The notes below the pieces were generated by a model. The model did no database searches. It was not told where the DNA came from and saw nothing but the letters and a program-made list of their open reading frames with translations. This document shows positions 49,775 to 59,741 of a stretch of 64,000 bases of DNA, in pieces. The stretch's first letter is position 1, and each line of letters starts with the position of its first letter. The position numbers were made by a program, and so were the translations under genes. Source of the DNA: Neptuniibacter sp. (GTDB lineage: Bacteria; Pseudomonadota; Gammaproteobacteria; Pseudomonadales; Balneatricaceae); assembly GCA_050789425.1 (NCBI GenBank), contig JAILXS010000003.1, positions 162,417 through 226,416 of the forward strand. Reading direction: 5' to 3'.

Positions 49775-50647
49775 ATGATGTTATTTTCAACCCGTATAAA
49801 TTATGGCCAATCAATAATGCCTATAGATTTGCTTTCAGCAGAGACTGAATTACCTGGATCAGTACACTTGCCAATCAATAGGTGCAATTACCCTGCCACT
49901 ATTTTGGGTAGTCATGCCTTTCAGGAACACCCTGAACCAATACATATAGATTATGTTCAGGCTTTTCATCGTTATCTATTTGAACGACTTGATGCCATTG
50001 AAAGTGCTGTTGAGAGGGCCTTGTTGTTCGATGAGTACATGCAGGTTTCTTTTTTGTTGGGGCATCCTGATCAAATTGGACTTGATGAAAACAGCCAAAA
50101 AGTTAAGCGTCATAAGTTTGACTATAAGCGATTGATACGGGGCTGGATGTTTGATTCAAATGGTCGCGAAGGTGCGGTTTTAAAAGGCTGGGTGGAAACA
50201 AGGTTTGGCTTATGTGCCCGCAGTCATAATGGGCCACTTAGGAATTCTGGGTCAGGAAACTACCAACAGTATCTGTCTGATCGAAGTCAGGGGTTGTATA
50301 ACACTAACGGTATAGAGAGTCAGTTGGATCTTCTTTATACATACTGTCAATATGAGCTCAAAAGGCAAGATATGGAGAAGTATTTAACTCTTTATCGAGG
50401 CACGAACGAACTGAAGCAATATGAACATTTGTTTGCTGATAATAATAAGCAGCGTATCGTGCTGTTAAATAATTTGAATTCATTTAGCGATAAAAAGGAA
50501 TATTGCGACAACTTTGGTGACCATGTGTTTAGGTGCAAGGTTCCTTTTTGCAAACTCTTCTTTTTTCCTGGATTGCTGCCTGGTCTTTTGAAATGCGAGA
50601 ATGAACACCTTGTCATTGGAGGTTTGTATTCAATCAAAGTTCTTTGA
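49775..50647 (+). CDS. draT: NAD+--dinitrogen-reductase ADP-D-ribosyltransferase DraT
   Basis: Motifs I recall from Rhodospirillum/Azospirillum DraT are HPEPIHI, GAVLKGWVETRFGL, QLDLLYTYCQ, LTLYRGTN, LNNLNSFS and EHLVIGG. The start is uncertain (49769 TTG, 49775 ATG or 49817 ATG). Confidence 0.85.
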   Translation: MMLFSTRINYGQSIMPIDLLSAETELPGSVHLPINRCNYPATILGSHAFQEHPEPIHIDYVQAFHRYLFERLDAIESAVERALLFDEYMQVSFLLGHPDQIGLDENSQKVKRHKFDYKRLIRGWMFDSNGREGAVLKGWVETRFGLCARSHNGPLRNSGSGNYQQYLSDRSQGLYNTNGIESQLDLLYTYCQYELKRQDMEKYLTLYRGTNELKQYEHLFADNNKQRIVLLNNLNSFSDKKEYCDNFGDHVFRCKVPFCKLFFFPGLLPGLLKCENEHLVIGGLYSIKVL

Positions 50648-50656
50648 ATGTACCCC

Positions 50657-50983
50657 TCAGCGCCCAAAATACTGATCAATCATTTCCGGCAATTTATCAA
50701 ACAGCTCCATTTCAAATTTATCTATCTCCAGATTAAAATGTTGCAGGTATTTGGATGCGTGATCGCGTGTAAGAGGTCTGCCGCCAATACTGTAGTCAAG
50801 TTCCGGCAGGGTTTTGTCATGTCTTGGGATGATTTTCCAGTTCATAAAGCCTGAATTAAGATTGGCAAATGACTGGTGGGCTTTAGCGCAAAAGCTTGCT
50901 ATGTGAGAGACGCCCTGTGGACCTAAGCAGCCCGCTTCGACACGGAAAATAACGGTAATTTTCTTTTCTTCTGGTAAAGACAT
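50657..50983 (-). CDS. Hypothetical protein, 108 aa
   Basis: An ORF convergent with draT. No family recognised. Confidence 0.45.
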   Translation of the reverse strand: MSLPEEKKITVIFRVEAGCLGPQGVSHIASFCAKAHQSFANLNSGFMNWKIIPRHDKTLPELDYSIGGRPLTRDHASKYLQHFNLEIDKFEMELFDKLPEMIDQYFGR

Positions 50984-51167
50984 TAAATTGTTCTTGTTTG
51001 GTTTTGTGGTTCTTGTAATTGCTGTGAGTCTACAACAAATGCGTTTCTAAAACGTAATGTACTTTAGTCCTCTGTTTAATTTATTGATGTTCATTAGTAA
51101 TTCTGACTATAAGTATTGAAATGCTTTATAATCGCGCGTCCGCTAATTTGCTTGATAAGGGTTAACC

Positions 51168-52409
51168 ATGAAATTTGCAGCCTTGGATTTTGCTTCAGAG
51201 ATACAGTCGGCTCTGGATGATTGTGGCTATTCTGAGATGACGCCGATCCAGGAAAAAGCAATTGTACCTGCTCGCCGGGGCAAGGATATTCTTGCCAATG
51301 CTCAGACCGGAACAGGTAAAACTGCTGCATTTTCTCTACCGATTATGCAGAAAATAGCGGATAAACCACAGGCGTTAGAAGCTAACTGCGCTCGAGCAAT
51401 TATTTTGACGCCTACCAGGGAGTTAGCCCAGCAGTTACAAGAGACAATCGGTCGCTATAACAGCTACTTAAACCTTAGAGTTTTATCTGTTTATGGTGGG
51501 GTTAACATTGAATCCCAGCAGAAGAAGCTTAAGCATGGAGCGGATATTCTTATCGCCACGCCAGGTCGTTTGCTGGAGCTGTATTCAGCTGCGAGCCTTA
51601 ATCTGTCCAAAGTAGAGTTTGCTGTGCTTGATGAAGCAGACAGGATGTTGGATATGGGCTTTGTTTCTGATGTTCTGGCAATTCTTGAAGCAACGCCAAA
51701 ACAACGACAAACGCTTCTCTTCTCAGCCACTCTTTCCGATGCCGTGCATAAGCTTTCGACAAAAATTCTTAGCCGTCATGAGCAGATCAAGGCATCCAGG
51801 CAGAACAGTATAGCGGACACAGTAGAGCACGTTGTGTACCCCGTAGAAGAGCGACGCAAAGCAGATTTGTTTGCGGAGCTGATCAAGGAGCAAAACTGGT
51901 TTCAGGTTCTGGTGTTTACTAGTACCAAGGCTCAGGCAGATGAGTTGATGCAAGATCTCAAAATCGATGGTATCGATGCAGTCATTTGCCACGGAGATAA
52001 AAGCCAGGGAGCACGCCGACGTGCAGTCTCAGATTTTAAAGAAGGTAAGGTTCAGGTATTGGTGGCAACCGAGGTTGCAGCTCGTGGTCTGGATATTCAG
52101 GGACTTGAGCACGTAGTAAATTATAATCTCCCCTATCTTGCTGAAGATTACGTACATCGTGTGGGCCGAACTGGCCGCGCAGGGATGAAGGGGCATGCAA
52201 TATCGTTTGTTAGCCGTGAAGAAGAAACTGCACTGGCAAATATAGAGCGTTTAATAGGCTCGCAGATAAAGCGAATCTACAAGCCGGGTTTCGAAGTCGG
52301 TAGTCGCGATGGTTTGCGTAAACGCATACATAAAAAAGGGCCGAAAAAGCGCACCAATAAAGCGACCCGTACACAGATAATCGGTAAGCGAGCCGCCAAG
52401 AAGAGATAG
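51168..52409 (+). CDS. DEAD-box ATP-dependent RNA helicase (RhlE-like)
   Basis: AQTGTGKT, PTRELA, DEAD, SAT and HRVGRTGRAG motifs, with a basic C-terminal tail. Confidence 0.9.
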   Translation: MKFAALDFASEIQSALDDCGYSEMTPIQEKAIVPARRGKDILANAQTGTGKTAAFSLPIMQKIADKPQALEANCARAIILTPTRELAQQLQETIGRYNSYLNLRVLSVYGGVNIESQQKKLKHGADILIATPGRLLELYSAASLNLSKVEFAVLDEADRMLDMGFVSDVLAILEATPKQRQTLLFSATLSDAVHKLSTKILSRHEQIKASRQNSIADTVEHVVYPVEERRKADLFAELIKEQNWFQVLVFTSTKAQADELMQDLKIDGIDAVICHGDKSQGARRRAVSDFKEGKVQVLVATEVAARGLDIQGLEHVVNYNLPYLAEDYVHRVGRTGRAGMKGHAISFVSREEETALANIERLIGSQIKRIYKPGFEVGSRDGLRKRIHKKGPKKRTNKATRTQIIGKRAAKKR

Positions 52410-52414
52410 ATTGT

Positions 52415-52606
52415 TCAGAATCTCTCGTGTTCTGTGCTTTGACGCTTTACTGAGCGTGCTGCATTGTAATCTTCGAAATTCTGTTTGTTGCGTTTAGGTT
52501 TAGATGTCTTGCTTTTTGCCCGAGGCTCTTGCTCTTCCATGAAGAAGTTATCTTCCATGTCGTCACTGTCATAGGACAGATCGTTTAGTCTCAGTTTGCT
52601 GCTCAT
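52415..52606 (-). CDS. Possible small charged protein, 63 aa
   Basis: ORF only, with an acidic N-terminal half and a basic C-terminal half. Confidence 0.3.
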   Translation of the reverse strand: MSSKLRLNDLSYDSDDMEDNFFMEEQEPRAKSKTSKPKRNKQNFEDYNAARSVKRQSTEHERF

Positions 52607-52764
52607 GAGTTTGTATGTCCGTTAGTCTTGTTCTTTTATTTCAGGTTGTTACGTCAATTACACCGAAAGTGATCATATAAAAACCTGTTTATGTGACCAT
52701 TAAATTAAAAGCCTGTGACATTTGCGTGTAGATGGCGCGGCAATATAAAGGGAGAAAAACCTGA

Positions 52765-53673
52765 ATGAACAGCAAGGAAGAAGTAAAAGGAATTTACTAT
52801 GCTGTCCTGGCTTTTGTAATCTGGGGCTTGGTCCCGGTTTATTTTAAAGCTGTAGATCACATAGAACCTCTTGAAGTGGTTTCCCATCGTGTGATCTGGT
52901 CTGCCCTGTTTCTTGCGTTGGTTTTAATGCTCTCACGTCGATTGTTAGTGACTTTCAGGATGCTCAAGTCTTCCAGGCTGATGCTTGGTTTGTTGTTTTC
53001 AGCACTGGTTGTTTCTATCAACTGGCTGGTATTTATATGGGCGGTTGGCCAGGAAAAGATTGTTGAAACCACGCTCGGTTATTTTATTAATCCATTGATA
53101 AATATAGTTTTTGGTTTTTTTATTTTTTCTGAGCGTTTGCGTTTTCTGCAATGGTGCGCTGTAGCTTTGGCAGCTGCTGGGGTTGCTTATCAGTTAATAA
53201 CTTTCGGTGAATTACCCTGGATTGCGCTGGTGCTGGCTTTGAGTTTTTCAACTTACGGTGTGCTTAGAAAGAAGATTAAGGTTGATGCGGTAGCTGGGCT
53301 CTTTATTGAGACACTGTGGTTATCTCCTTTAGCAATTATTTACCTTTTGGTACTTAATCATTATGGGCAGCTGCAGTTTTTTCAGGAAGGTACGGATTCG
53401 ATGTTTTTGTTGCTGGCTGCCGGGCTAGTAACAAGTTTTCCTTTACTGGCTTTTGCGGCCGGTGCTAAAAGAATAAGTCTGACTCTACTCGGATTTATTC
53501 AGTATCTGGGCCCTTCTTTAGCGCTCTTGATTGCTGTTTATTACTACAACGAACCAATGGATATGCAAAGACTGGTCACATTTGTGTTTATATGGGCAGC
53601 TTTGGTGTTGTTTACAGTAGAAGGTGTTGTTTATCAGAAAGGTAAACTGTCAGCTCAGGATGAGCTGAACTGA
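52765..53673 (+). CDS. rarD: EamA/RarD family transporter
   Basis: 302 aa, 10-TM type, with the N-terminus KGIYYAVLAFVIWGLVPVYFK typical of RarD. Confidence 0.8.
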   Translation: MNSKEEVKGIYYAVLAFVIWGLVPVYFKAVDHIEPLEVVSHRVIWSALFLALVLMLSRRLLVTFRMLKSSRLMLGLLFSALVVSINWLVFIWAVGQEKIVETTLGYFINPLINIVFGFFIFSERLRFLQWCAVALAAAGVAYQLITFGELPWIALVLALSFSTYGVLRKKIKVDAVAGLFIETLWLSPLAIIYLLVLNHYGQLQFFQEGTDSMFLLLAAGLVTSFPLLAFAAGAKRISLTLLGFIQYLGPSLALLIAVYYYNEPMDMQRLVTFVFIWAALVLFTVEGVVYQKGKLSAQDELN

Positions 53674-53688
53674 CAGAAGGCAGGCAGA

Positions 53689-54594
53689 CTACAGCTCGCT
53701 CATTATGCTGCGCACTTTTTCCAGATATACAGGTTCGGGTAATGCTCCGCTATCATACAGCGATTGCAACTTACGCAGCCTTTCCTCGATGCTTCCGCTT
53801 GAGGCAGTTATGGTAGGTTTTGCTTGTGTCTGTTGCTCTAGCTTCTTGATTCGAGCTTCCAGTTGGTCTGTTTCTACAGACTTTTGGCGTTCAGAAAAAT
53901 ATTTCTCTTCCACGCGCTGCTGTTCATTTTTTGTGATGGCATATTCATAGTTCTGGTTTGTGTTAATCGCCAGCCAGTCGTTACGAGAATTTACTTTTGC
54001 TGCTCCATCAAAAGCGTGGATTTTCCAATCATAAGGGAATGGCTTCAGGATATTTCCGGTATCCAGGTCATTCTTTATGCGCCCATAGGTCCCTGTAATG
54101 CCTGAGCGCGACTGTTTGGCTAAGAGGTCACCATGAACCGTGCCGAACAGTACGTTTAGCTGTTGGCCTTTCAGGAAGGCTGTGCCGCTTACAGAGAGTC
54201 GTTTACGGCCAATAAATGAGGATCGGTAATCTGAAACGGAAAATTTTAAAACTTCATTGGTATTTATCCGGCCCAGTCCTTCACTGATTTTTTTGCCAAG
54301 AAGATCTATTTCACGATCGGTAAAAACTCGTTGTAAATTTAGCTCATCATCATCCCAGAAAGAATTCTCAGGATTGTATGGACTGTCTTGAACCTGAACC
54401 TGACTTAGAATTCGAGCAATTTTTTCTGCGGGAACAGACGCAGGATGATTGTTGTTAGTCGCTCCTTCAAGTGAGCTCACGGAAACATAATCAACCTGGT
54501 TCTTCCAGATATGTTCAGGCTCAGCCTGAGATGATGATGAAAGGAAAAATAGTGCTGGCAGTAGCCAGATAGTTTTAAATTTTATGGTCTTCAC
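53689..54594 (-). CDS. Secreted protein with a C-terminal SHOCT-like motif
   Basis: A signal peptide (MKTIKFKTIWLLPALFFLSSSSQA) and the C-terminus LRKLQSLYDSGALPEPVYLEKVRSI. Confidence 0.55.
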   Translation of the reverse strand: MKTIKFKTIWLLPALFFLSSSSQAEPEHIWKNQVDYVSVSSLEGATNNNHPASVPAEKIARILSQVQVQDSPYNPENSFWDDDELNLQRVFTDREIDLLGKKISEGLGRINTNEVLKFSVSDYRSSFIGRKRLSVSGTAFLKGQQLNVLFGTVHGDLLAKQSRSGITGTYGRIKNDLDTGNILKPFPYDWKIHAFDGAAKVNSRNDWLAINTNQNYEYAITKNEQQRVEEKYFSERQKSVETDQLEARIKKLEQQTQAKPTITASSGSIEERLRKLQSLYDSGALPEPVYLEKVRSIMSEL

Positions 54595-54848
54595 AGCGGT
54601 GGTCCTTTTCTTAATTGTTATGGACCGGATAACGCAAGAACTGTGCCTTTAAAATAAAGCAGTATTTAGCTAAAAATGGCTGTTTTTGATGTTATTTATG
54701 CCGTTTTGAAGGTGGTTGCTACACTCTGTGTCAGATTGATGCTCCACTCTGTAATAGTCAGTAATTAATCAGGCTAACGCATCTATCCTTTGTGGGAAAA
54801 TAGCAGTAAAGTTCTGCTCAAATTTAAATTGTGAAAATACGTAAAAAA

Positions 54849-55649
54849 ATGAATATGGAACTCATACAAGATCGCTTTTATAAACTGAGAAGCAATCGGT
54901 TTTTTGAGCTGTTTGTGGTTGCTGTTATTTTGTTTTCAGCCATCGTAATTGGCGCTAAAACCTACGATATACCTGAAAACGTTCTCACTGTTATGGGGTG
55001 GCTGGATACCGGCGTCACCTTGTTTTTCTTAATTGAGATTACAATACGCTTTATGGGTGAGCCTGATAAAAAAAGGTTCTTTTTTAATGCCTGGAATGTA
55101 TTTGATACGCTGATAGTTGTAGTGAGTCTGATCCCTATACAGGACAGTGAAATGGCCCTTATTGGCCGTCTGATACGTATATTCAGGGTGCTGCGTATGG
55201 TCTCAATCGTTCCAGAGCTACGCCTGCTTCTGAACTCATTGATCAAGGCCTTGCCTCAGCTTGGGTATGTGATCCTGTTGATGTTCATCATCTTCTATAT
55301 CTATGCCGCAATTGGCGCCTCATTTTTTGTAAATATCAATGAGACTCTATGGGGTGATATTTCTATAGCCATGCTCACCCTGTTTCGTGTCATGACATTT
55401 GAAGACTGGACCGATGTCATGTACGAAACCATGGCTGTTTATCCATTCAGTTGGTTCTATTACCTGACCTTTATTTTCCTTACGACCTTCGCATTCCTGA
55501 ATATGGTTATTGGTATTGTCGTTAATGTGATGGAGAACGAGCATGCCCAGGAGGAGAAGGAGAAAGCTATTGCTGAAGGTAAGCTAACTATTGAAGACCT
55601 CTCCAATCAGATAGAAGAGCTTAAAAAGCTTATTGAAGAGAAAAAATAG
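54849..55649 (+). CDS. Bacterial voltage-gated cation channel (BacNav/NaChBac family)
   Basis: Six TM segments, an S4 with Arg every third residue (RLIRIFRVLRMVS), the pore TLFRVMTFEDWTDVM and a C-terminal coiled coil. Confidence 0.8.
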   Translation: MNMELIQDRFYKLRSNRFFELFVVAVILFSAIVIGAKTYDIPENVLTVMGWLDTGVTLFFLIEITIRFMGEPDKKRFFFNAWNVFDTLIVVVSLIPIQDSEMALIGRLIRIFRVLRMVSIVPELRLLLNSLIKALPQLGYVILLMFIIFYIYAAIGASFFVNINETLWGDISIAMLTLFRVMTFEDWTDVMYETMAVYPFSWFYYLTFIFLTTFAFLNMVIGIVVNVMENEHAQEEKEKAIAEGKLTIEDLSNQIEELKKLIEEKK

Positions 55650-55680
55650 CATTATGGCGGCTGGATTAAATTAAGATAAT

Positions 55681-55878
55681 TCAGTCGTCAGTATCTATAT
55701 CATGGTATAGATTTAACGGGGCCTTGCCCTTCATATAAAGCTCATTGCAGATGCTGCACCAGTCTGGTTGCTGGCTATCCCCTATTTTCTTCACAGCCTC
55801 GGACCAGAGTTCACGATTTTGCTCAAGTAATCGTTCTGCGCATGACGCGCAATTGCCATCCTTTTCCATGCTATGCAT
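55681..55878 (-). CDS. Possible small Cys-pair protein, 65 aa
   Basis: CASC ... CSIC pairs suggest a zinc-ribbon-like fold. ORF only. Confidence 0.35.
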   Translation of the reverse strand: MHSMEKDGNCASCAERLLEQNRELWSEAVKKIGDSQQPDWCSICNELYMKGKAPLNLYHDIDTDD

Positions 55879-55935
55879 CCAGCTGTTTATTCAGAAATGA
55901 AACTTCAACCATTCTAAGAAGAAATTAAAAGGTTG

Positions 55936-56328
55936 TCATCTAGCCTTAGGTTTATAGGCACAGTAGCCAGGTTTTGGTCCGATTTTGGGGTGGTTGCGGC
56001 ACGTATCAGGGCGATTCTGATAGATATCACATAGACGTGTTTTCTGGTTGAGGTAGATACAGTCGTCGTTTGAAAACCTTGAAAGCGTATACACTTCAGT
56101 TTTGTGATTAAAATGCCCAACTACGCCCTGTTTCATAAGCCGCTTGGCAAGCTTTTTCGCCGGTTCATCTACTTCAAAAGCGTCTGCAAGGCCCATTCTA
56201 ACTAAGTCACTAAACCGTACTTCTACTGGCAGGCTACAGCATGTGCCCATACAGCTCTGGCATAGACTGCTTTTGTATTTAGCCCAGGTAGATAGATCGT
56301 CGATATTGGCGGCTGGAATGTTTTGCAT
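55936..56328 (-). CDS. YkgJ-family cysteine-cluster (zinc/iron-chelating) protein
   Basis: CQSCMGTCCS motif with a second Cys group downstream. Confidence 0.6.
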   Translation of the reverse strand: MQNIPAANIDDLSTWAKYKSSLCQSCMGTCCSLPVEVRFSDLVRMGLADAFEVDEPAKKLAKRLMKQGVVGHFNHKTEVYTLSRFSNDDCIYLNQKTRLCDIYQNRPDTCRNHPKIGPKPGYCAYKPKAR

Positions 56329-56545
56329 AGGTTGAGTTTTTAAGCGTTCTTTGTGGGGTGGTGATCATACATTAATCCGTATTTATGAACCAGAAAGGCG
56401 ATGCTCAAGGCTTCTCTCCTTTCTTCCGCGCCTCATGTTTTCTGAAACCACCGTGATTTCTGCTAATTTAAAGGTGAGACAGTGCGGCCATGGGTCTTGG
56501 GATTCATTGGTTCTGCATGAATTTATCAGAAGAGCTGGGGTTGTT

Positions 56546-56938
56546 ATGAATAGGCTAATAATTATATCTCTGATAACTGCTATAGCGGGATGTGCATCAC
56601 CACCGAGATCTCTATCAGGAGAATATTATTTGATTGATACAGGTCGTGGTCTTATGTGTCATGTTACAGAGTGTTATTACCTTGATTTGATCGGGGCATC
56701 ACATAATGAGTTGGATGTGGCGAAGGCTTTTGGTTTGCCTGCCAGAAATTACACTTGGTCTACTTCTGAGTTTGTAGGGTTGTTAACAAATCCACCAGAA
56801 GATTTATATCCTGTTTATAAATTATCGGAAACCGAATACAAAATTCCTAAGAATTCCGCTACAGATGCGGGTTTTCGAGTTTTAAATGAAGAGGATTTAA
56901 TTCTTTACAGAATCGGTGGGGATGGTAAAAGCCTGTAA
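56546..56938 (+). CDS. Putative lipoprotein, 130 aa
   Basis: The internal ATG gives MNRLIIISLITAIAGCASP, a lipobox. Confidence 0.55.
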   Translation: MNRLIIISLITAIAGCASPPRSLSGEYYLIDTGRGLMCHVTECYYLDLIGASHNELDVAKAFGLPARNYTWSTSEFVGLLTNPPEDLYPVYKLSETEYKIPKNSATDAGFRVLNEEDLILYRIGGDGKSL

Positions 56939-56947
56939 TTTTGCAGC

Positions 56948-56974
56948 AAAAAAAAGTGGCCCATTAAGGGCCAC
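56948..56974 (-). terminator. Rho-independent terminator after the aldehyde dehydrogenase
   Basis: On the minus strand: GTGGCCC-ttaat-GGGCCAC followed by T8. Confidence 0.75.
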
Positions 56975-57050
56975 AATCAAACGCAAGAAGCTACATGAAT
57001 AGCTTAGTGGTCGGAACCCGCATTGCTGCGGATTCCTTAGCCAAATCGGC

Positions 57051-58571
57051 TTAGAAGAAGCCCAGTGGGCTTTCGCTGTAGCTAACCAGCATGTTTTTAG
57101 TCTGCTGGTAGTGCTCCAGAATCATCTTGTGAGTTTCACGGCCTACACCAGACTTCTTGTAACCGCCGAACGCAGCGTGTGCTGGGTACAGGTGGTAACA
57201 GTTCATCCATACTCGACCAGCCTGGATGCCACGACCCATCCGGTAAGCGATGTTGGTGTCGCGAGACCATACGCCAGCACCAAGACCGAACTCAGTGTCA
57301 TTTGCGATAGCCAGTGCTTCAGCTTCATCTTTAAATGTAGTTACGGAAACTACTGGGCCAAAGATCTCTTCCTGGAAAACGCGCATGTCGTTTGTGCCTT
57401 TAAGAAGAGTAGGTTTGATGTAGTAACCTGAACCGTATTCACCGTCCAGTTTCTCAACACCACCACCAGTAAGAACTTCAGCGCCTTCTTCACGACCGAT
57501 GTCGATGTAACCCAGGATCTTATCGAACTGTTCCTGAGATGCCTGAGCGCCAACCATTGTTTCAGTATCTAGTGGGTTACCACGTTTGATCTGTCCAATA
57601 CGGTCAACAACTTTAGCCAGGAACTCATCTGCGATGTCTTCCTGAACCAATAGACGTGAAGGGCAAGTACAAACTTCACCCTGGTTAAAGAATGCCAGTA
57701 CAGCACCTTCAACAGCTTTGCTAACGAACTCGTCGTCCTGAGCCATAACGTCATTGAAGTAAACGTTAGGAGACTTACCACCCAGTTCAGTAGTAGATGG
57801 GATGATGTTCTCAGCAGCACATTTCATGATGTGAGAACCTACTGGTGTAGAACCAGTGAATGCAATCTTAGCGATACGAGTGCTTGATGCCAGCGCCTGA
57901 CCTGCTTCTCCACCGAAACCGTTAACAACGTTCAGTACGCCTGCTGGTAGTGCTTCTGCGATGCACTCCATCAGGACCAGAATAGAAACTGGAGTTGCTT
58001 CAGCTGGTTTCAGGACAATAGAGTTACCTGCTGCCAGTGCTGGTGCAATTTTCCAAGCTGCCATCAGCAGTGGGAAGTTCCAAGGAATGATCTGACCTAC
58101 AACACCCAGTGGCTCGTGGAAGTGGTAAGCAACAGTAGTTTCATCGATCTCACCGATAGAACCTTCTTGAGCGCGGATGCAACCAGCGAAATAACGGAAA
58201 TGGTCTGCCATCAATGGTACGTCAGCAGCCAGTGTTTCACGTACGGCTTTACCATTATCCCAAGTTTCAGCTACTGCCAGTTTTTCCAGGTTAGCTTCGA
58301 TCAGGTCCGCACATTTCAGAAGTACGTTCTGACGCTCGATCGTTGAAGTCTTACCCCAGGATTCTTGCGCTGCGTGTGCAGCGTCTAATGCTAAATCAAT
58401 GTCTGCTGCATCGGAGCGAGGAATTTCACAAACAGCTTCACCAGTAACAGGAGAATGATTGGTGAAGTACTGGCCATTAACAGGAGCGACCCACTCACCG
58501 TTGATAAAGTTGCCATAACGTTCGTTGAATGAAACAACAGAGCCTTCTGTACCCGGCTTAGCGTAAATCAT
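57051..58571 (-). CDS. NAD-dependent aldehyde dehydrogenase
   Basis: 506 aa with [15 protein letters not shown] and EVCTCPSR (catalytic Cys) motifs. Confidence 0.9.
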   Translation of the reverse strand: MIYAKPGTEGSVVSFNERYGNFINGEWVAPVNGQYFTNHSPVTGEAVCEIPRSDAADIDLALDAAHAAQESWGKTSTIERQNVLLKCADLIEANLEKLAVAETWDNGKAVRETLAADVPLMADHFRYFAGCIRAQEGSIGEIDETTVAYHFHEPLGVVGQIIPWNFPLLMAAWKIAPALAAGNSIVLKPAEATPVSILVLMECIAEALPAGVLNVVNGFGGEAGQALASSTRIAKIAFTGSTPVGSHIMKCAAENIIPSTTELGGKSPNVYFNDVMAQDDEFVSKAVEGAVLAFFNQGEVCTCPSRLLVQEDIADEFLAKVVDRIGQIKRGNPLDTETMVGAQASQEQFDKILGYIDIGREEGAEVLTGGGVEKLDGEYGSGYYIKPTLLKGTNDMRVFQEEIFGPVVSVTTFKDEAEALAIANDTEFGLGAGVWSRDTNIAYRMGRGIQAGRVWMNCYHLYPAHAAFGGYKKSGVGRETHKMILEHYQQTKNMLVSYSESPLGFF

Positions 58572-58885
58572 CTTCTAAGTGCCTCTTTTGTTGTTATAAA
58601 CTGCCTATGAATAAGACTCGACAGTAATAAGTTACTTTACAGACCAATATTAGCCATCACCTCCGAAATACAGGTATCATCCCTTGGCATCGAAGGATTA
58701 CTTATTTAGTACTAATTAACGCGGCCAGTCACAAACATCTCTTTTTGCCATTGATTATTATTAGGCTTATATTGTGTTCATAACTCTTTGATTAGATGGT
58801 AATTTGTTTGCAAAGATTGGTTCTTATATTAAGTTTATAAGTATCAATTGGGCATAAATCCCTACGCTACCTAAGGTGAGCCGTT

Positions 58886-59680
58886 ATGACGCAGATATAC
58901 AAAGTTGATAGCTGGAAGGAGTTTTTGCAACTTGTTGAGTCCGAGGAATTACGCGGCTGGGCGTTTCGTGGCCAAAGGGATTCCAGCTGGGTTCTTGAGA
59001 GCTCTCTGACCCGTAGATTAAAACAATTTGTGCCTCAGGAAATCTGGAAAGAAAGAGAAGGACGAGCGATTCGTGTATTTAAACGCAAGGCGCATCACTT
59101 TCTAAATGATACCTCCTCCCTCAATGATGATTTTCGCTGCCTTGCATTAATGCAGCACCATGGCGCACCCACTCGTCTGCTTGATTTCACCAAATCACCT
59201 TATGTTGCCAGTTACTTTGCTCTGCAATCCTGTACAACACCGGCTGCGGTTTATGCTGTTAACACGCCAGCCTTATGGCACGAAGCAACACCGCCGGGTT
59301 ATCCCGAGCTGACGCGAGAGGCAATCGACCCGAGAAATAAGGATGCATTGCAGAAATACTATTTTTCGAACGATTATCCAGTTGTCTGGCCAGGTGAACC
59401 ATGGACTATGGATCGCCGTATTGTGGCTCAGGCCGGGACATTCATGCTTCCTGGTCAGGTTGGTACCTCGGTTGAGAGCCTTCTGAGTAACTATATTTAT
59501 GACAAACCTTTGCTAGTAAAAATCATCCTCTGTCCTGAAATAAGGAAAGAGGCTATGGAGGCGCTATACAGAATGAACATTACTAATGCGACTCTATTTC
59601 CTGACCTTGATGGACTTGCACGTTCAATATCCTATGAGCTTGAAGTTAGCTGGGTGGGTTCATCTGGGCCCTTAAAATAA
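58886..59680 (+). CDS. FRG-domain protein
   Basis: 264 aa with WAFRGQRDSSW.LESSL and LMQHHGAPTRLLDFT, as I recall for the FRG domain. Confidence 0.6.
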   Translation: MTQIYKVDSWKEFLQLVESEELRGWAFRGQRDSSWVLESSLTRRLKQFVPQEIWKEREGRAIRVFKRKAHHFLNDTSSLNDDFRCLALMQHHGAPTRLLDFTKSPYVASYFALQSCTTPAAVYAVNTPALWHEATPPGYPELTREAIDPRNKDALQKYYFSNDYPVVWPGEPWTMDRRIVAQAGTFMLPGQVGTSVESLLSNYIYDKPLLVKIILCPEIRKEAMEALYRMNITNATLFPDLDGLARSISYELEVSWVGSSGPLK

Positions 59681-59741
59681 GCGCGCTTTCCGCTACACGC
59701 AGGAAAAGATAAAATAGCCAGATTCTTTTGACTGGTTATTC

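Noticed and set aside
54700-54760. A short direct repeat, CACTCTGT, occurring twice upstream of the channel gene.
   Set aside because: It is only 8 nt and occurs twice, which is within chance expectation. No associated motif was recognised.
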